A stretch of DNA of 64,000 nt from Dipteris shenzhenensis (Eukaryota). Position numbers and translations under genes: made by a program. Shown here one piece after another: positions 12,961 through 25,599 of the stretch (position 1 is its first letter; each line of letters opens with the position of its first letter). Location of the stretch: assembly GCA_047967505.1 (NCBI GenBank), contig CM106538.1, one strand, 5' to 3'. The notes under the pieces were generated by a model. That model was not told the origin of the DNA, did no database searches, and saw only the letters and a program-made list of their open reading frames with translations.

Positions 12961-14334
12961 GGGGTTCCAGGGCTAATTATTGGCTGGAATTCACACTTTG
13001 TTCTAGGACTGATTACTAGCTAGAGCTTGCATATCTAGCCGCTGCAACTCTATTGCCAGGAGAATCGTCTCTTCCTCTGTCAGTGCTGGATTAAGGGCCT
13101 GATTGCATTAAGGACTCCGGGTATGCTTCTTATTCTTTCCAGGTGTGCTTTGCTGGCCAGTTCTATGAAGGATCGAGGCAGTCCTAGGAATAGTTGCGGG
13201 AGAAGAGAAAAGCCAGAGATTTGACGGCGACGAGCAAGGTGAGCGGAGCTTCTGCATCTTTTGAAGCCTCTCCTTGTTTCGCAACTTGCCCCAGCCTCCT
13301 CTCCAGCCTTGCCATATAGGCCCAGCCTGGCTCTGTTCGTGCAAGCCTTGGGTCTCTTGAAGGGCCTTTTCTGTGGGTTCGAGGGCATCTTGGAGCAACC
13401 CGTGCTGCTCACGGCACCCATGGCTCCCCTTCAACCAGTGGTTCAGCCATTGTGAAGCCTACAAGGATCTTGGCTTGTCGAGGCACCCGTCCAGATAGGC
13501 GCAACAGCTTGTGCAGCTCTTGGCGCAAACCCCTTCTCTTCTCTCAACATGGGGTTTCTCGTTTGAGCCTCGGAGAAAGAAAAGTTTGGTGCAAAAGAAA
13601 AGTTTGGTGCCGGTCCGATTGACTAGTTCGGGCTGGATGAGCATGGAGGTGTTGTGTACCTATGTTGGCTGAGAGCACAGCTGCTGACTCGTGGAGTTAA
13701 TTCGGCTGCAAGTACTGTTTCGTGGAGCTGGAGCATAGAAGACTTTGTGGAGGTAAAGATCGTCACCGTCCGCCTCTTCATCGCTCTGCAGAAGTTGAGG
13801 GTGGCTGACGGTGGTTAGGGTAATCCTGGTTAACTTAAATGCAGTTAGTTAACCCTGGGTTGGTTGACCTTGGTTAGTTGCCAGTGGTTAATTGAACCAG
13901 TACCCATTTAGCCTAACCCTAGTCCAGTTAGCCTGACCTAATCATACCAGTTTGGTTAGTGTAACCAGACTGGGATCAGTACAGCTACTTTGGTTAGAGA
14001 TCAGTTATAAACTAACCAGACCAGAGCCAGCTAGTTTGGTTAGTGTAACGAATCGGTTACTCATCCAATTACTATCCAAAAAAAAAAAAAGGGAGGAAAG
14101 ACGAGGCAGTTGCAGAGCTAGTTTTTGCCTTCAAATTCCACCCATCTGTCAGTTTACTGTCAGAAAATCAGTAGAAAATCTGAGATTTGCTGAGTATGAA
14201 AGTTGCATGCCTTTGCATAGCAAAAGGGCAAGGCAGCTTCTGCTTCACAGCTCCAACACTACTTGGAGGGCAATGTTTGTTTGTCCGGAGAACTGACCTT
14301 GATAGCGACCCTTGGTCTGGCAAGAAGGGCTCAC

Positions 14335-17208
14335 ATGGCAGCACCTTCGACCCCCATTGTGGTTAAGATTATGCTCTCTCTGGAAGACAAGCAGCAGGTC
14401 AAGTGTGAAGTAGAGGCTTTGCAAGACAGGGCCCTAGTGGGTCACATTGTTGGGCTCATCCCGTCGAGGAAACAGTTGGCTTCAGGCGAGCTTAGCCCTA
14501 GGGGCTGACCACATCCAAGAGGTCACGATCCATGGGAGAGGAGTCTTCCTCATGCAGCTGAACTCCCTTGACACCATGGCCTCCCTTGTCGTGCAGAGCC
14601 CTATCCTACTAGGCCCTCATGTCGTCTACCTCCTTCCTTGGTACCATGGCTTCACAGTCGAGGACATGGATTCGACTCATCACGTGCCACGATTCCCAGT
14701 GACGCTCTGCTTCCCGGGGCTTTCGAAGGAGTACAGATCTATTCTTCCTTCCATAGGGAATTATTTTGGCACAATTCTAGAATCTCTGCCACAAACAGCG
14801 GCTTCAGTGGTGGCAGACGACGTGGTCCCCCGCCTTCGGGTTATCGCAGAGTTTCCAAAGTCCCTCCCAGAGGAGATCCTCCTGAAGACCTTAGATGGAG
14901 GCGAGTTCAGACAGCGTGTGGAGATCTTTGGCTTGCCCGAGCAGTGTCTTCAGTGCAGACAGATGGGTCACCTAGCACGGGACTGTTTGGTGGGCAGGGC
15001 CTCTCAACAGAGACAGGAGCATAGGGAGGCTCAGCACTGTCCATCAGCCAGGCAGCAACAGACTCAGACACCTTGGGTCGAGCCCTCCCAAGGGACTTGG
15101 ACCAAGGTGGAGAAAAAAAAGCCCTCCAAATCAGCTTGAAAAAACAAAAGAAGGAGAGTCAGACTTAAAGAGTGCAAGAAGGTGCAGACTTGGCTAGGCC
15201 CCCAGGGGAGGGAACTGCGGGTCTCCCAGGGAAAACCGCCACTTTTCAGTTGGGTTTTTCTCCAAAATAGACAGGAATTGGGAGCAGCTAGTTGTGTGTT
15301 TCGCTTAGGTCCTCAGGTTCAGCTCAAGCAGGCATCATACTGGACGCTATAGTAGTGCACGGATAGGCTTGGAGTTGAGGCCGCCTTCTTGATGCAGTGG
15401 GCCATCAAGGTAGGCATCGAGCCAGTTATGCCACTAGTTTGGCGCCGAGTGGATTTGGACTACTCCCTCTCCAAACCACCGGTGAAGTCACAAAATTCAG
15501 AGGTTGTAGTGTAGGCTCCTTCGCATAAAAGAGCCTTGTTTTCCACCCCCCGCCTCGCCATGAGTTGGACCATGGTGAGGTGGAAAGTGCACGGACTCCA
15601 CGATCGGGCACGTCAGCAACCCCAACAGTTCTTACTTTGCCAAGAGTTACAGAGAGCAGTGGTTGGCAGGGCGGTGGATTTCCTTTTGGTACAAGGGCAT
15701 ATGTTTTCTGCCTCGAACATCAGACATAAAGGCCACCTCCTTCCTGGGAGAGGCCCGGAGATTTGGTCTCCCGCAGTGGGAAGGAGTGGAGGGGTTTGCA
15801 TTTCAAACTCGCCAAGTAGTGGCATCAGAGGTGTATGACCACGGGGAGCTCATTACAAGTAGAGCAGTCTAGATGGGATTACGAATGGGAGATTCCAGGA
15901 TTCGGATCCTGAACGTGTATGCCCCAGCTTGTAGACAGTAGTGTCCGGCCTTTTGGAGGCGCTTGACCGATTTTTCCCCTGGATGTCATGGATTGTTGGA
16001 GGGGACTTCAACAATCTTGAGTTCGGAGAAGACAAACAAGGGGATGATTCTTTCTCTGAGATGCCCGCGGCAGAGAAGAGTGCCTGGGAGCAGTTTATCT
16101 TTTCCGTCTGTGGCAGGGACCCCTGGAGGGAGGCTGAGTTCTCCTATGGAGATTGGGCCATGCATAGAGTGGTTCCATGGGCATTCTTGCAGGGACTACC
16201 CTCTCAGACCACTCGCTGATTGTGCTTCATTTGTAGCAGCCCCGTTGAGGGCTCCCACACAAAGGGGGGGGTTCGCATCCCAGATGCGTTGATGCAGGAG
16301 GAGGAGGTGCAGTAGGTCATATCGGAGATTTAATAGCAGCCAGAGGACACTCCGGAGGGTGGCTGGGCATCTTCTAAGCGATTCAAAGGAGCAGTGAGGA
16401 GCTCCGCACCTAGGCTCTCCGTTGTTGTTTTTCCCTTCAAGAGAGAGAGAGAGAGCTTTGAGGTGTGACTTAGCCTCCATTGAGCATCTCAGGGAGCAAG
16501 ACATGGAGTCTCAGTGGCTTGCTGACAGATATGAGTGCACGGCTGGAGCTTCAGGACATCGAGTTGAGGAGGGTTGAGTATTCTTACCATTCCGCTCGTG
16601 CTCGTTGGGTACAGCAGGGGGATAGGATGAGCCACCAATTCTTTCATGCAGAAACTGAGAGACGCTAGTGGCAGGGTGGTTTCGACCCTCGTGAGATTAT
16701 GGAGTTGGCTTCATATTTCTATCGACACCTTTTTCAGGCTGAGGAGGAGTCCACCTAGCTGCAAGAGGCCCACGAGGCGATATGGGAGCATGTCCCAGCT
16801 GTGGTCTCTCAGGGCGTGAGCAGCCAGTTGGATTCTCCCTTCACAGATGACGAGCTTCGGGAAGCTCTCAAGGCACTTCGGACTCAGAAGTGCCTAGGGG
16901 AGGTCCCCGGTCTTCTTCAGGAGCTTCTGGCCTTTTGTGCACACCCCACTTCGGCTAGCCTTTCAGGAGATCTTTGACTCAGGAGCACTGCCACCGTCCC
17001 TGAGCAGAGGTCTCCCTGAGCAGAGGCTGGATTTGTTTGATCCCGAAGGGAGGGGACCAGTCGGACATTCAACAGTGGAGACCGATCACTCTGCTAGACA
17101 TCGCATACAAGATCTTAGTTAAGGTCTTGAGTTTGCAGCTACAACCCCATCTAGTCGACATCATCCACAAAATGCAGACAAGTTTTGTCTAGGAGCGTAG
17201 CATCCTCG
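14335..17208 (+). mobile_element. L1-like LINE (ORF1 plus ORF2 endonuclease and start of RT), cut by the LTR insertion at 17209
   Basis: ORF1 zinc knuckle CLQCRQMGHLARDC; endonuclease WIVGGDFNN and LSDH (~16200); RT WRPITLLDIAYKIL (~17075). Confidence 0.88.
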
Positions 17209-18318
17209 TGTTGAAAAGGTCACCTCCCCATCTGTAAGCTCCCAAATGAGGAGAGCGTGGGGGAGGGAGACCTAGGGCAGGATGTGCCCAAGAGAGAAAA
17301 AGGAAAGTACCTGGACACATCAAAGTGGCTGCAACACATGGCGTCGAGACCATGACAGATGGCGATGCATACATGGCATAGATCTAGCCTGGAAGAGACA
17401 TATCTGGAGCAGCACGAGATGGCGGGGTATCCCAGTGTACAGGTGCCTACATGGCAAGCTATCTGGCAAGGTGTGTGGGTAGGCACATGGCCTGCAGAAT
17501 ACCCTAAAGATGGCACAGGAATATGGCGGGACAGATCAGCAAACAGGTCGGCCAACAGTAGAGCTGGTTGGGGCTGGTTGAGCCAGCCAACCAGGCTTTG
17601 GTTAGGCTGGTCAAGAGGGCTGGGTCCCTGCATGGAACAAAGGCTGAAAAGGGCCCAGTGAAGTCCCTTATATAGGGCCCTGGTTGGGCTGGTAGGGACA
17701 GCCAACCAGGTCGGTTTTCAGCCAGACTGAGTCCGCCAAAATAGGGCTGACCAGTCGGTATTTTTGCCAGGCCTCAGGGCCTATAAAAGGAGAGGCTCAG
17801 GCCTCATTTCTTATCCAGCAGTGCAGCTTTCAGCAGAGCAGAAAGGAGCAGCAGAGCACAACCCTTGGGGCCTACATCCAGAAGCTGAAGGAGTACCAGT
17901 GTTGCTGCAGACTTAGCTCAGTGTGAGGCTGAGACCTTGGCTGTCTTCTAGGGCAGCAAGGAGCTGAGGTCAAAGGATGACAAGTCTACAGAAGCTCCAG
18001 GTGGAGCACGCGGGCTCGAGTCTAGAGATAGCCAGCTGATAGGAGAAGGACCTTGTGGTAAGATCAGAGGACCACACCATTGGTGGGACTCTGGATCTCT
18101 CTCTCTTGTATTGTGTCCATAGTTTTGGACGGAAATATATATTTTGGTGGTTTCTCTATCTGGCCGGTTCATTGTCTATTGATGAGTTTGCACATCTATT
18201 GAATGCACATAAGTAAAGAAGTTTGTGATTCCACACCCCACACCGCACACTGTGTGAGCTCTTGGGTATTACTATAACTCTTCCGCTGCGTGTACCCTCT
18301 GTTGGGTATTTTCTAACA

Positions 18319-18330
18319 TGGTATCAGAGC
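18319..18330 (+). promoter_or_regulatory. Primer-binding site (tRNA-iMet)
   Basis: tggtatcagagc immediately after the LTR-terminal CA. Confidence 0.92.
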
Positions 18331-18949
18331 CCAAGTAGGAGGCTCACAGGTGTGGGAGCCTGAAGGCAAGGACCTTGCTGAAGGACGACCCTGATTCAGA
18401 AGCTCTAGGGAATCAACTTCCACGATTGGAGGATTGTGCCCTTGCGAGAAGGAGGGTGACTCAGGTTCAGTCAGGTGCGTTCAAAGTTTTGGTTTATTGA
18501 AATTGAGTTTGGTTGACTTTGCTATGTGGTATAAACAGCAGAGATGTCGACCTCTACAGCCTCTTCAGCCCCTGCTTTCCCTTCCTCCTCCCCCAATTTT
18601 CTCTCTTTCACTATCCCTAACTTTGGAGAGTCTAGGAACCTGGACGGGGGACTAATTACCCAATCTGGAAAGTGAAGATCCGGAGTCAATTAGTGGCTCC
18701 GAAGTTGTGGAAGCTGACCACGGGAGTGGAGTTGAAGCCGGAGGACATGGTGGACAGGAAAGGGGAGATACTCATGGCAATAGACAGAGATGAGCTTGAA
18801 GCTTACGGCGGACTCCGTTCTCCCACATATCCAGCTGGCCGAGACGTCAGTAGAGGCATGGGCCACCCTGAAGATCCGGAGTCAATTAGTGGCTCGGAAG
18901 TTGTGGAAGCTGACCACGGGAGTGGAGTTGAAGCCGGAGGACATGGAAA

Positions 18950-20062
18950 GTGAAGATCCGGAGTCAATTAGTGGCTCGGAAGTTGTGGAAGCTGACCACG
19001 GGAGTGGAGTTGAAGCCGGAGGACATGGTGGACAGGAAAGGGGAGATACTCATGGCAATAGACAGAGAGGAGCTTGAAGCTTGGGAAGACAGAGATGCCC
19101 ATGCCTTGGCAATAATCATAGGGACTACGGCGGACTCCGTTCTCCCACATATCCAGCTGGCCGAGACGTCAGTAGAGGCGTGGGCCACCCTGAAGGATCT
19201 GTACGAGACGGACAACACCTCTCGGATTGTGCTTCTTCAGCATCAACTCTACAATCTTGATATGGAAGAAGGAGATACGGTACATAGCCATTTGACGAAG
19301 GTCAAGGTGGTGAGGGATCAGCTGGCAGCAATTGGTCTGAAGACAGACTCATGCCATTTGGCCTTGATGGTACTGAGAAGATTGCCTCGGAGTTTCAAGA
19401 GCTTTGTTACAACTGTGACAGCAGGACAGAGGACCAAACCTCTGACATTCGAGGAGTTGTGTCCATTACTGCTACAGGAGGAAGCTCGGGAGAAGCTCTA
19501 CAACGAGGACAAAGACGAAAAGGCGAAGGATTCCGCTCGCAAAGGAAAGGGAAAGCCTAACAGTGGCAAGTCCAAGAAAGACGACTCTGACGACGAGGGG
19601 ACTTCGAAGAGGAAGCATAAGAAGAAGTGTTTCTACTGTGATACGCCAGGACATTTTGCAAAGGAATGCAGAAAGAAAAAGGCGAATCTGAAAAACAAAA
19701 AGGAGTCTGACTCAGATTCAGAGGGAAAGGCCAAAGCAAATGTGGTAATCGAGGAGTTGTTCCTGGTGACATCACCGAGTGTTACCGAGGTTAGATATGT
19801 TGATCCAGAAATCACAGTGAGGATGTCTGACATAGAGATGTGGGTCGACGAGGAGTCAGATGCCTTTGTGAAGGTGAAGGACAGCATGGAGCGCTTGGTA
19901 CCTTCCAGGTGTGTGGCTGTTGACACTGACACGAGGGTGAATTCCATGGCAGGCCCTGGGGTCTCATGGTCAGATGGATGCTGGAGTTCAGAAGGGGACA
20001 GTACAGGATTACACAAGCAGGCAGTACAACAGACTGGTATGTATTTGATATTCTGCATTTAA
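18950..20062 (+). CDS. Copia Gag with CCHC knuckle plus degenerate protease-like tail
   Basis: 370-aa ORF containing AWATLKDLYE, LPRSFKSFVT and CFYCDTPGHFAKEC; true start lies upstream and is scrambled by duplications. Confidence 0.8.
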   Translation: MKIRSQLVARKLWKLTTGVELKPEDMVDRKGEILMAIDREELEAWEDRDAHALAIIIGTTADSVLPHIQLAETSVEAWATLKDLYETDNTSRIVLLQHQLYNLDMEEGDTVHSHLTKVKVVRDQLAAIGLKTDSCHLALMVLRRLPRSFKSFVTTVTAGQRTKPLTFEELCPLLLQEEAREKLYNEDKDEKAKDSARKGKGKPNSGKSKKDDSDDEGTSKRKHKKKCFYCDTPGHFAKECRKKKANLKNKKESDSDSEGKAKANVVIEELFLVTSPSVTEVRYVDPEITVRMSDIEMWVDEESDAFVKVKDSMERLVPSRCVAVDTDTRVNSMAGPGVSWSDGCWSSEGDSTGLHKQAVQQTGMYLIFCI

Positions 20063-21158
20063 GCCTTTATAGCATGCTGTGGAGAGACTCTGCTCTTCAT
20101 TTGTCTCAGGGGATAAGAGATTGGCCTTCTTCGAAGGCAGAAGGGGAAGTATTGGTGCTTCTTCAAATCTTGGACGCAGATTGCTAGAAGGTGATGGACA
20201 AAGAGTACTGAAGCCAGAAGAGTACCTGCTTGAGAACTCAGCGAGAGTTCATGGTCCATGTTATTTGGAAATATTCATTGGTTGCAGACCTTGCCATTGG
20301 AAGGACGGGTTGAAACAGACCCTCAGAGCATGGTGCTTGGAAGACTCCAGGTTGTTCACTCATTATGAGGGGGACGACTAGAAGATCGTGACGGCTGGAT
20401 TGCTCGAGTTCAGAGGCGGGAACGTGACTTAAGGACGTGGTACTAGGAGGTGCTACCAAAGATGGACCTGTGTACCAAGATGGTGTGCGGAAGCGGAACC
20501 GGACTTGGTGGAGCAGGAGCCACTGCCACAAAAAGATTTCGATGCCGAAAGGTTCCAGAGGACTACAACCTTGGAGTTACTGGAGCATCATCATCGACGT
20601 GTTGGCATTGGGCCGAGATGTGTCGGTGAGAGGGGGTGTTGGAAAGGTCACCTCCCCATCTATAAGCCCCCAAATGAGGAGAGCGTGGGCGAGGGAGACC
20701 TAGGGCAGGATGTGCCCAAGAGAGAAAAAGGAAAGTACCTGGACACATCAAAGTGGCTGCAACACATGGTGTCGAGACCATGGCAGATGGCGATGCATAC
20801 ATGGCATAGATCTGGCCTGGAAGAGACATATCTGGAGCAGCACGAGATGGCGCGGTATCCCGGTGTACAGGTGCCTACATGGCAAGCTATCTGGCAAGGT
20901 GTGTGGGCAGGCACATGGCCTGCAGCATACCCTAAAGATGGCGTAGGAATATGGTGGGACAGATCAGCAAACAGGTCGGCCAACAGTAGAGCTGGTTGGG
21001 GCTGGTTGAGCCAGCCAACCAGGCTTTGGTTAGGCTGGTCAATAGGGCTGGGTCCCTGCATGGAACAAAGGCTGAAAAGGGCCTAGTGAAGTCCCTTATA
21101 TAGGGCCCTGGTTGGGCTGGTGGGGACAGCCAACCAGGTCGGTTTTCAGCCAGATTGA

Positions 21159-21167
21159 TGAAAATCT

Positions 21168-21203
<36 letters not shown>

Positions 21204-22290
21204 GCTTGAGAGCTGAAAGCTTGATAGCTTGGTTGCAATAGAAGAGTGTAAGAGTACAACTGAAAGAGTGAGAGATAAGGTTTTGTCACTAGGAGAGATA
21301 AGGTTTTGTCCTAGTGACAAAACCTTAGTAGTCACTAACCATAGTTAGTGAACTAACTGTGGTTAGGGGGAAAAACCTCTTAAAGAGGGAAAAGTGCCCT
21401 TAACAAGATTATTAAATTACATTGGTCACTGCTGAATTATATCTATAATTCTCACACCCCCCTGCAGTGCCAATGTCATGTACAAGGCTGATCAATCACC
21501 AAACGGATATAAGTTCAGGGCACTGCGAAATGCCTCAAACTTTTCACGTGGTACTGCTTTGGTGAAAATATCATTCAACCATTGCTGTGAAAGCTGCCCT
21601 GTACTCAGCTTCACATGATGAGGTAGCCACTGTAGATTGTTTCTTGCTCAGCCAGGAAATGCAAGATTTACCCAAAAAGAAACAATTGCCACTAGTGGAC
21701 TGCCTAGTGTCATAATCACCAGCCCAATCTGAATCACTGTAGGCATGCATCTGCAAGTCACCCCCCCTGGGAAATAACAAGCCAAAAGACTTCGTGCCCT
21801 GCAAATAACTCCTCGGAAGAATCCCAAGTTCCCAGCTGATCTCTCACCACATTCGTTCCTACAAGTTCATGTTGAGCAATTAGATTTGAAGGGATCCTGG
21901 ACGTGTTGTCCGTCTCGTACAAATCCTTCAAAGCTGTCCACAACCCACAAGAAGTTTCAACGATTTGAATATGTGGAATGACAGAATCCACCTTCGTTCC
22001 TATGCTCAGTGCAAGGGATTAGGTGTCTTTGTCCTCCCATGCTTCAAGATCTTTTGGATCTACAGCCATTGTGATCTTTCTTGAATCATCCTTGATGTCC
22101 ATGGGCTTTGGATCTACCCCCATTGCGATCTTCCACACCTTCCTAGCCATAAAATGGCTACGGACTTCACCTTCCAGATGGGATACTTTGTCCCATCAAG
22201 CTTCCCTGCTTCTCCAAAATTTGAAATAGTCATACAAGCAGCGGTCGTGGAAGCAGTAGCTGTTGAAGCAATGGAAGTGAAGAGGATTCC
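21159..22290 (-). mobile_element. Internally deleted Copia: gag fragment fused to RNase H plus 3' LTR (21159-21456)
   Basis: Minus-strand PPT agggggg followed by tgtgagaatt...ttttca; YSDSDWAGDYDTRQSTSG; KLDGTKYPIWKVK and KDLYETDNTSRI. Confidence 0.85.
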
Positions 22291-23099
22291 TATCAGTAGG
22301 ATGGGAGGAGGATGAGATCTGTCCACTCCCACTCGAGCTCATCCCCTAGATGACCTATCAAAGTGGAGTTCAAACTAGAGTGGATGGTAGGAAAAGAGGG
22401 AAGAACGTGACAAAGAATGCCAACAACAGGCTCAGTATAGACAATAGGCAAGGGTGAGGCCTCAAATAAGCACCCCCCTCCCCAAGGTGAGCAGACAAGT
22501 GAAGTCACTCATGAGCAGCCAACCTCTCTAGACAAGGAGACGTTCATTGACCTTCCTTCAGAGGGCTTGTAGCAAGATCCCACACTCAGATCCTCTGATA
22601 CAAGTCCAACCGGTTGCAAGGCCAGCTCCATAGGTCTCAATTCTTTCCGTCCCTCCCACTCCTCCTCCCCCTCCCCTGCTGCCCCCTCCCCTGTACCCAC
22701 CTGCTCCCCACTGAGGCCTCAAACCATCCCTCCTTCTCACCTTGTCATCCTAAACCCACTGCCCCGGCTGCCCCTCAGCCGCTTGTTGTCACTCATCACC
22801 CAATCCCCTTCCAGTCCTCTCCCTTCTCCCCCCCGCCCCCCCTTCTCTCTAAGATTCCTCCCCAGTCTCAAGGTCCTCCAGTGCAACCCCTTTCTTTGCC
22901 TCTCTTGGACTCACCTTTGATCTTGATCCCTGCCTTGGCCTCCTTGGGCTACCCTTCTCTAGTTTCTAACCTAGCTTTGTCCACTTTATTAGATCCTTTT
23001 CAGGTTCTAGAATACAAGCCCCATTGATGATAGCCACTCCCTTAGAATAGCCACCCCCTATTGTTTGAATCTTTCTTTCTTCATTGCCTTTGGAAGGAC

Positions 23100-23476
23100 A
23101 TTTGGTGATCATATCACCTGGCAAAGCAGAGCATTTGGGACTCTGGTGCTTCGCATGCTTTGCTTACTGAGGATCTCATTCATATTATCCCTAAGTGGGG
23201 TTGTGGGAACTTGATAAAATCAGTGGAGACCAATCACAATTTTGGGCATTGATACAAAACTTTAGCGAAGGCAATAAGCCTTTGTTTACAACCTCTACTT
23301 CCTGACTTGACACATGACACAAAAAATAGCTCAGTCTGTGCATGGGAGCAACGCCTTTGATAATATCTTCTCATTTTGGGAGGCCTTAAAATGGGTCAGT
23401 TTGAGTGACCAAGGCCTTTCTATTCTACCCTTGGATTTTGAGATAGCTTGCAACAGAGTAGGCTGGGGATTCTTCA
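23100..23476 (+). mobile_element. LINE RT fragment
   Basis: WRPITILG; DNIFSFWEALKW...LDFEIACNRVGWGF (degenerate LDFEKAYDRV.W). Confidence 0.75.
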
Positions 23477-25596
23477 TGTTGCAATATTATCTTCAAGGTG
23501 ATTGGAGGTTCAAATGTTGGAGGGATAGAGATTGGATAGGATTGTGGAGACTCGGTTGTCTATTTAGTAGGTGGAACCTTGGTGTATTGTTGGAGCAACT
23601 GGGAGCCTTATCATCACAAGGCTGATAGCTACTGCAACTTGACGTGTTGGCTTTATCCTCTTTTTGTGGTCTCCTCTTCTCCTTATCCCATTTCCATGGT
23701 TTCTCTCATGCTTGGCTCTCTCCCTCTTCATTCTCTATTATAACATGGTATCGGAGCTCTAGGTTCCTTCCAAGCCACCCTATCCTTCAAGGCTGGGTGT
23801 GCTGCTGCATAGGGACTGCTGTCATAATGCTGCTGCTCAGGCTACGTTTGCTGCTTTGGAAGTGGACCTTCCTTTCCTCACTGGTTCAAGTCGTTTTTCC
23901 TTCTTTAGTGAAGCTTTTGAGGCTTCATATGCCTTTCTGCTGTTTGCATCAGCCTTCCAACACCAGTGAAACTGTTTTGAGAGGATGCTTGGCCATTTCT
24001 ACCCTGATATGGACTGGTAGCATCCGCTCCTGCCTATATACCAGCAGATGTCTTCTGAAGTGAATTATGTGCTAGGTCGCTGCTGTGTTGTGGGGGTTCT
24101 CCGTCATGTTGAGCATCTATCCAGAGAGAGAGAGAGAAAAAAAGATGGAAACGTGCAAGCCTTTACTGATATATTTCTCACTGTCAGGTGGAGCTGCTCT
24201 GATGTAGCTCTACCTCGCTCCATCGTTATATGGCTGGAGTGTGAAAGTCGTTATTAACTGCACTATTCGACATAGCAGTTGGGAGCTTTTCTCCATATTG
24301 TAGATTCGTTATTACAAGAAGCACACCTCAGATCTACCTCAGCTGTTTCTCTATTATCTTGTATAAGGTGTCATTATTGCTCTTGGGCAGTATTTGCTGC
24401 AAGCTGCAGTTATACAAGTCGTTATTTCCTCTTTTGTTCAGGCTGCTTCGTTTTTTCTCAGGAAGACTCTAGGCCACGATTTCTGGCCCGTGTGTTGTCA
24501 GCTGCCATAGTTGCATATTTCCAGCCTTATCTCCTGGTTATGCACATTACTCAAAACTTCCACGTCATATTTCTAGTGGCTTTACGTTTGCTGTAGCAGA
24601 AATTATTCACTACTTACATAAACAATACTCTGATTCGTTTACTCCTCAGATAATATTCGGATATTGTTTTATCATTTTGATGAGTTTTCAATCAGAAACT
24701 TCATATTTTCTATTGGTCTATCCAAGTTCTACATTATTATGCACAACAAATCATTGTCTAGCGGTTGTTTGCAATGGCCAAGGAGATCTCTACAATAGAG
24801 AAGTTTAATGGCGAGGGATGCCATTCAATGAGGTTGAGGAGACTTCTACAATCAAGAAGTTCAATGAGAGGAGAGAAAAGCCACATTGTGATTCTATTCA
24901 AGCTTTTATCCACTTTTTTTTTTGGGTATCTTGGAACAGCATGTAATATAGGTTGTCTACATTGTAATGGAGTAGACAATGGCCTTGACCTTCATATAAG
25001 GCAAGTGCTAAGGCCCTCCTTTTCTCATTCATCTGTATATCATAGCCATCATTCAGAGGAACGCCCTCATAGCCCATGGAGGAGGTTATTATGCCTCATT
25101 GCCAAAGGAGATGTTGCTATTCCCATGATTCAAAGGAGGTACAGGATAAAGAGAAGCAGCAAGCATGTTCATGGAAGCCCAATGAGATCTATGTTCAAAT
25201 CACTTGAGCAAGGGTGGCAGCTTTGTGTTGGTCATTATGTGAGGATGGCCAAGGTGCAAAGCATACAGAGGAAGTGGCATTTCTATCTGAAGCATGCCAT
25301 ACACAAGCAAGTTCAAAGTCTTCATCTTTGAACGATACACTACTCTAGTTAAGTAGTGCGTTGTTTCAATTAGTACTGTGTCTCTTCGTAAATCAATCTT
25401 GTAATAAGCCTATTGATAAAGGCTTCTTCTATTTTTGTATCACCTGATGTAGTGCAATACTTCATGTTGAGGAACGGTGTTAAGCTATTAAATACAAGGT
25501 GATTGGAGGTTCATATATTGGATAAGATTGTGGAGACTTGTTTGCCTATTTAATAGGTGGAACCTTGGTGTAGTATGTGGAGCACCTAGGAGCCTC
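23477..25596 (+). mobile_element. Old, heavily deleted Copia-type LTR element
   Basis: LTR 23477-23745 (TG..CA) plus PBS tggtatcggagc; gag start MAKEISTIEKFNGE; diverged partial second LTR from 25478 after a purine tract. Confidence 0.75.
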
Positions 25597-25599
25597 CAG

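Larger units (their letters stand above)
17209..21158 (+). mobile_element. Non-autonomous Copia-type LTR element (gag retained, pol essentially absent); 3' LTR truncated
   Basis: 5' LTR 17209-18318 (TG...CA, 1110 bp); PBS tggtatcagagc; PPT gagaggggg; 3' LTR 20637-21158 colinear with 17209-17730 (~18 mismatches in 522 bp). Confidence 0.93.

Noticed and set aside
17282-17705. Trp/Gly-rich ORFs repeated at 20505-21086
   Set aside because: They lie inside the LTRs; no recognisable domain
23100-23476. Continuation of the LINE cut at 17208
   Set aside because: Repeats the WRPIT motif already present at ~17075 with different sequence, so it is a separate copy
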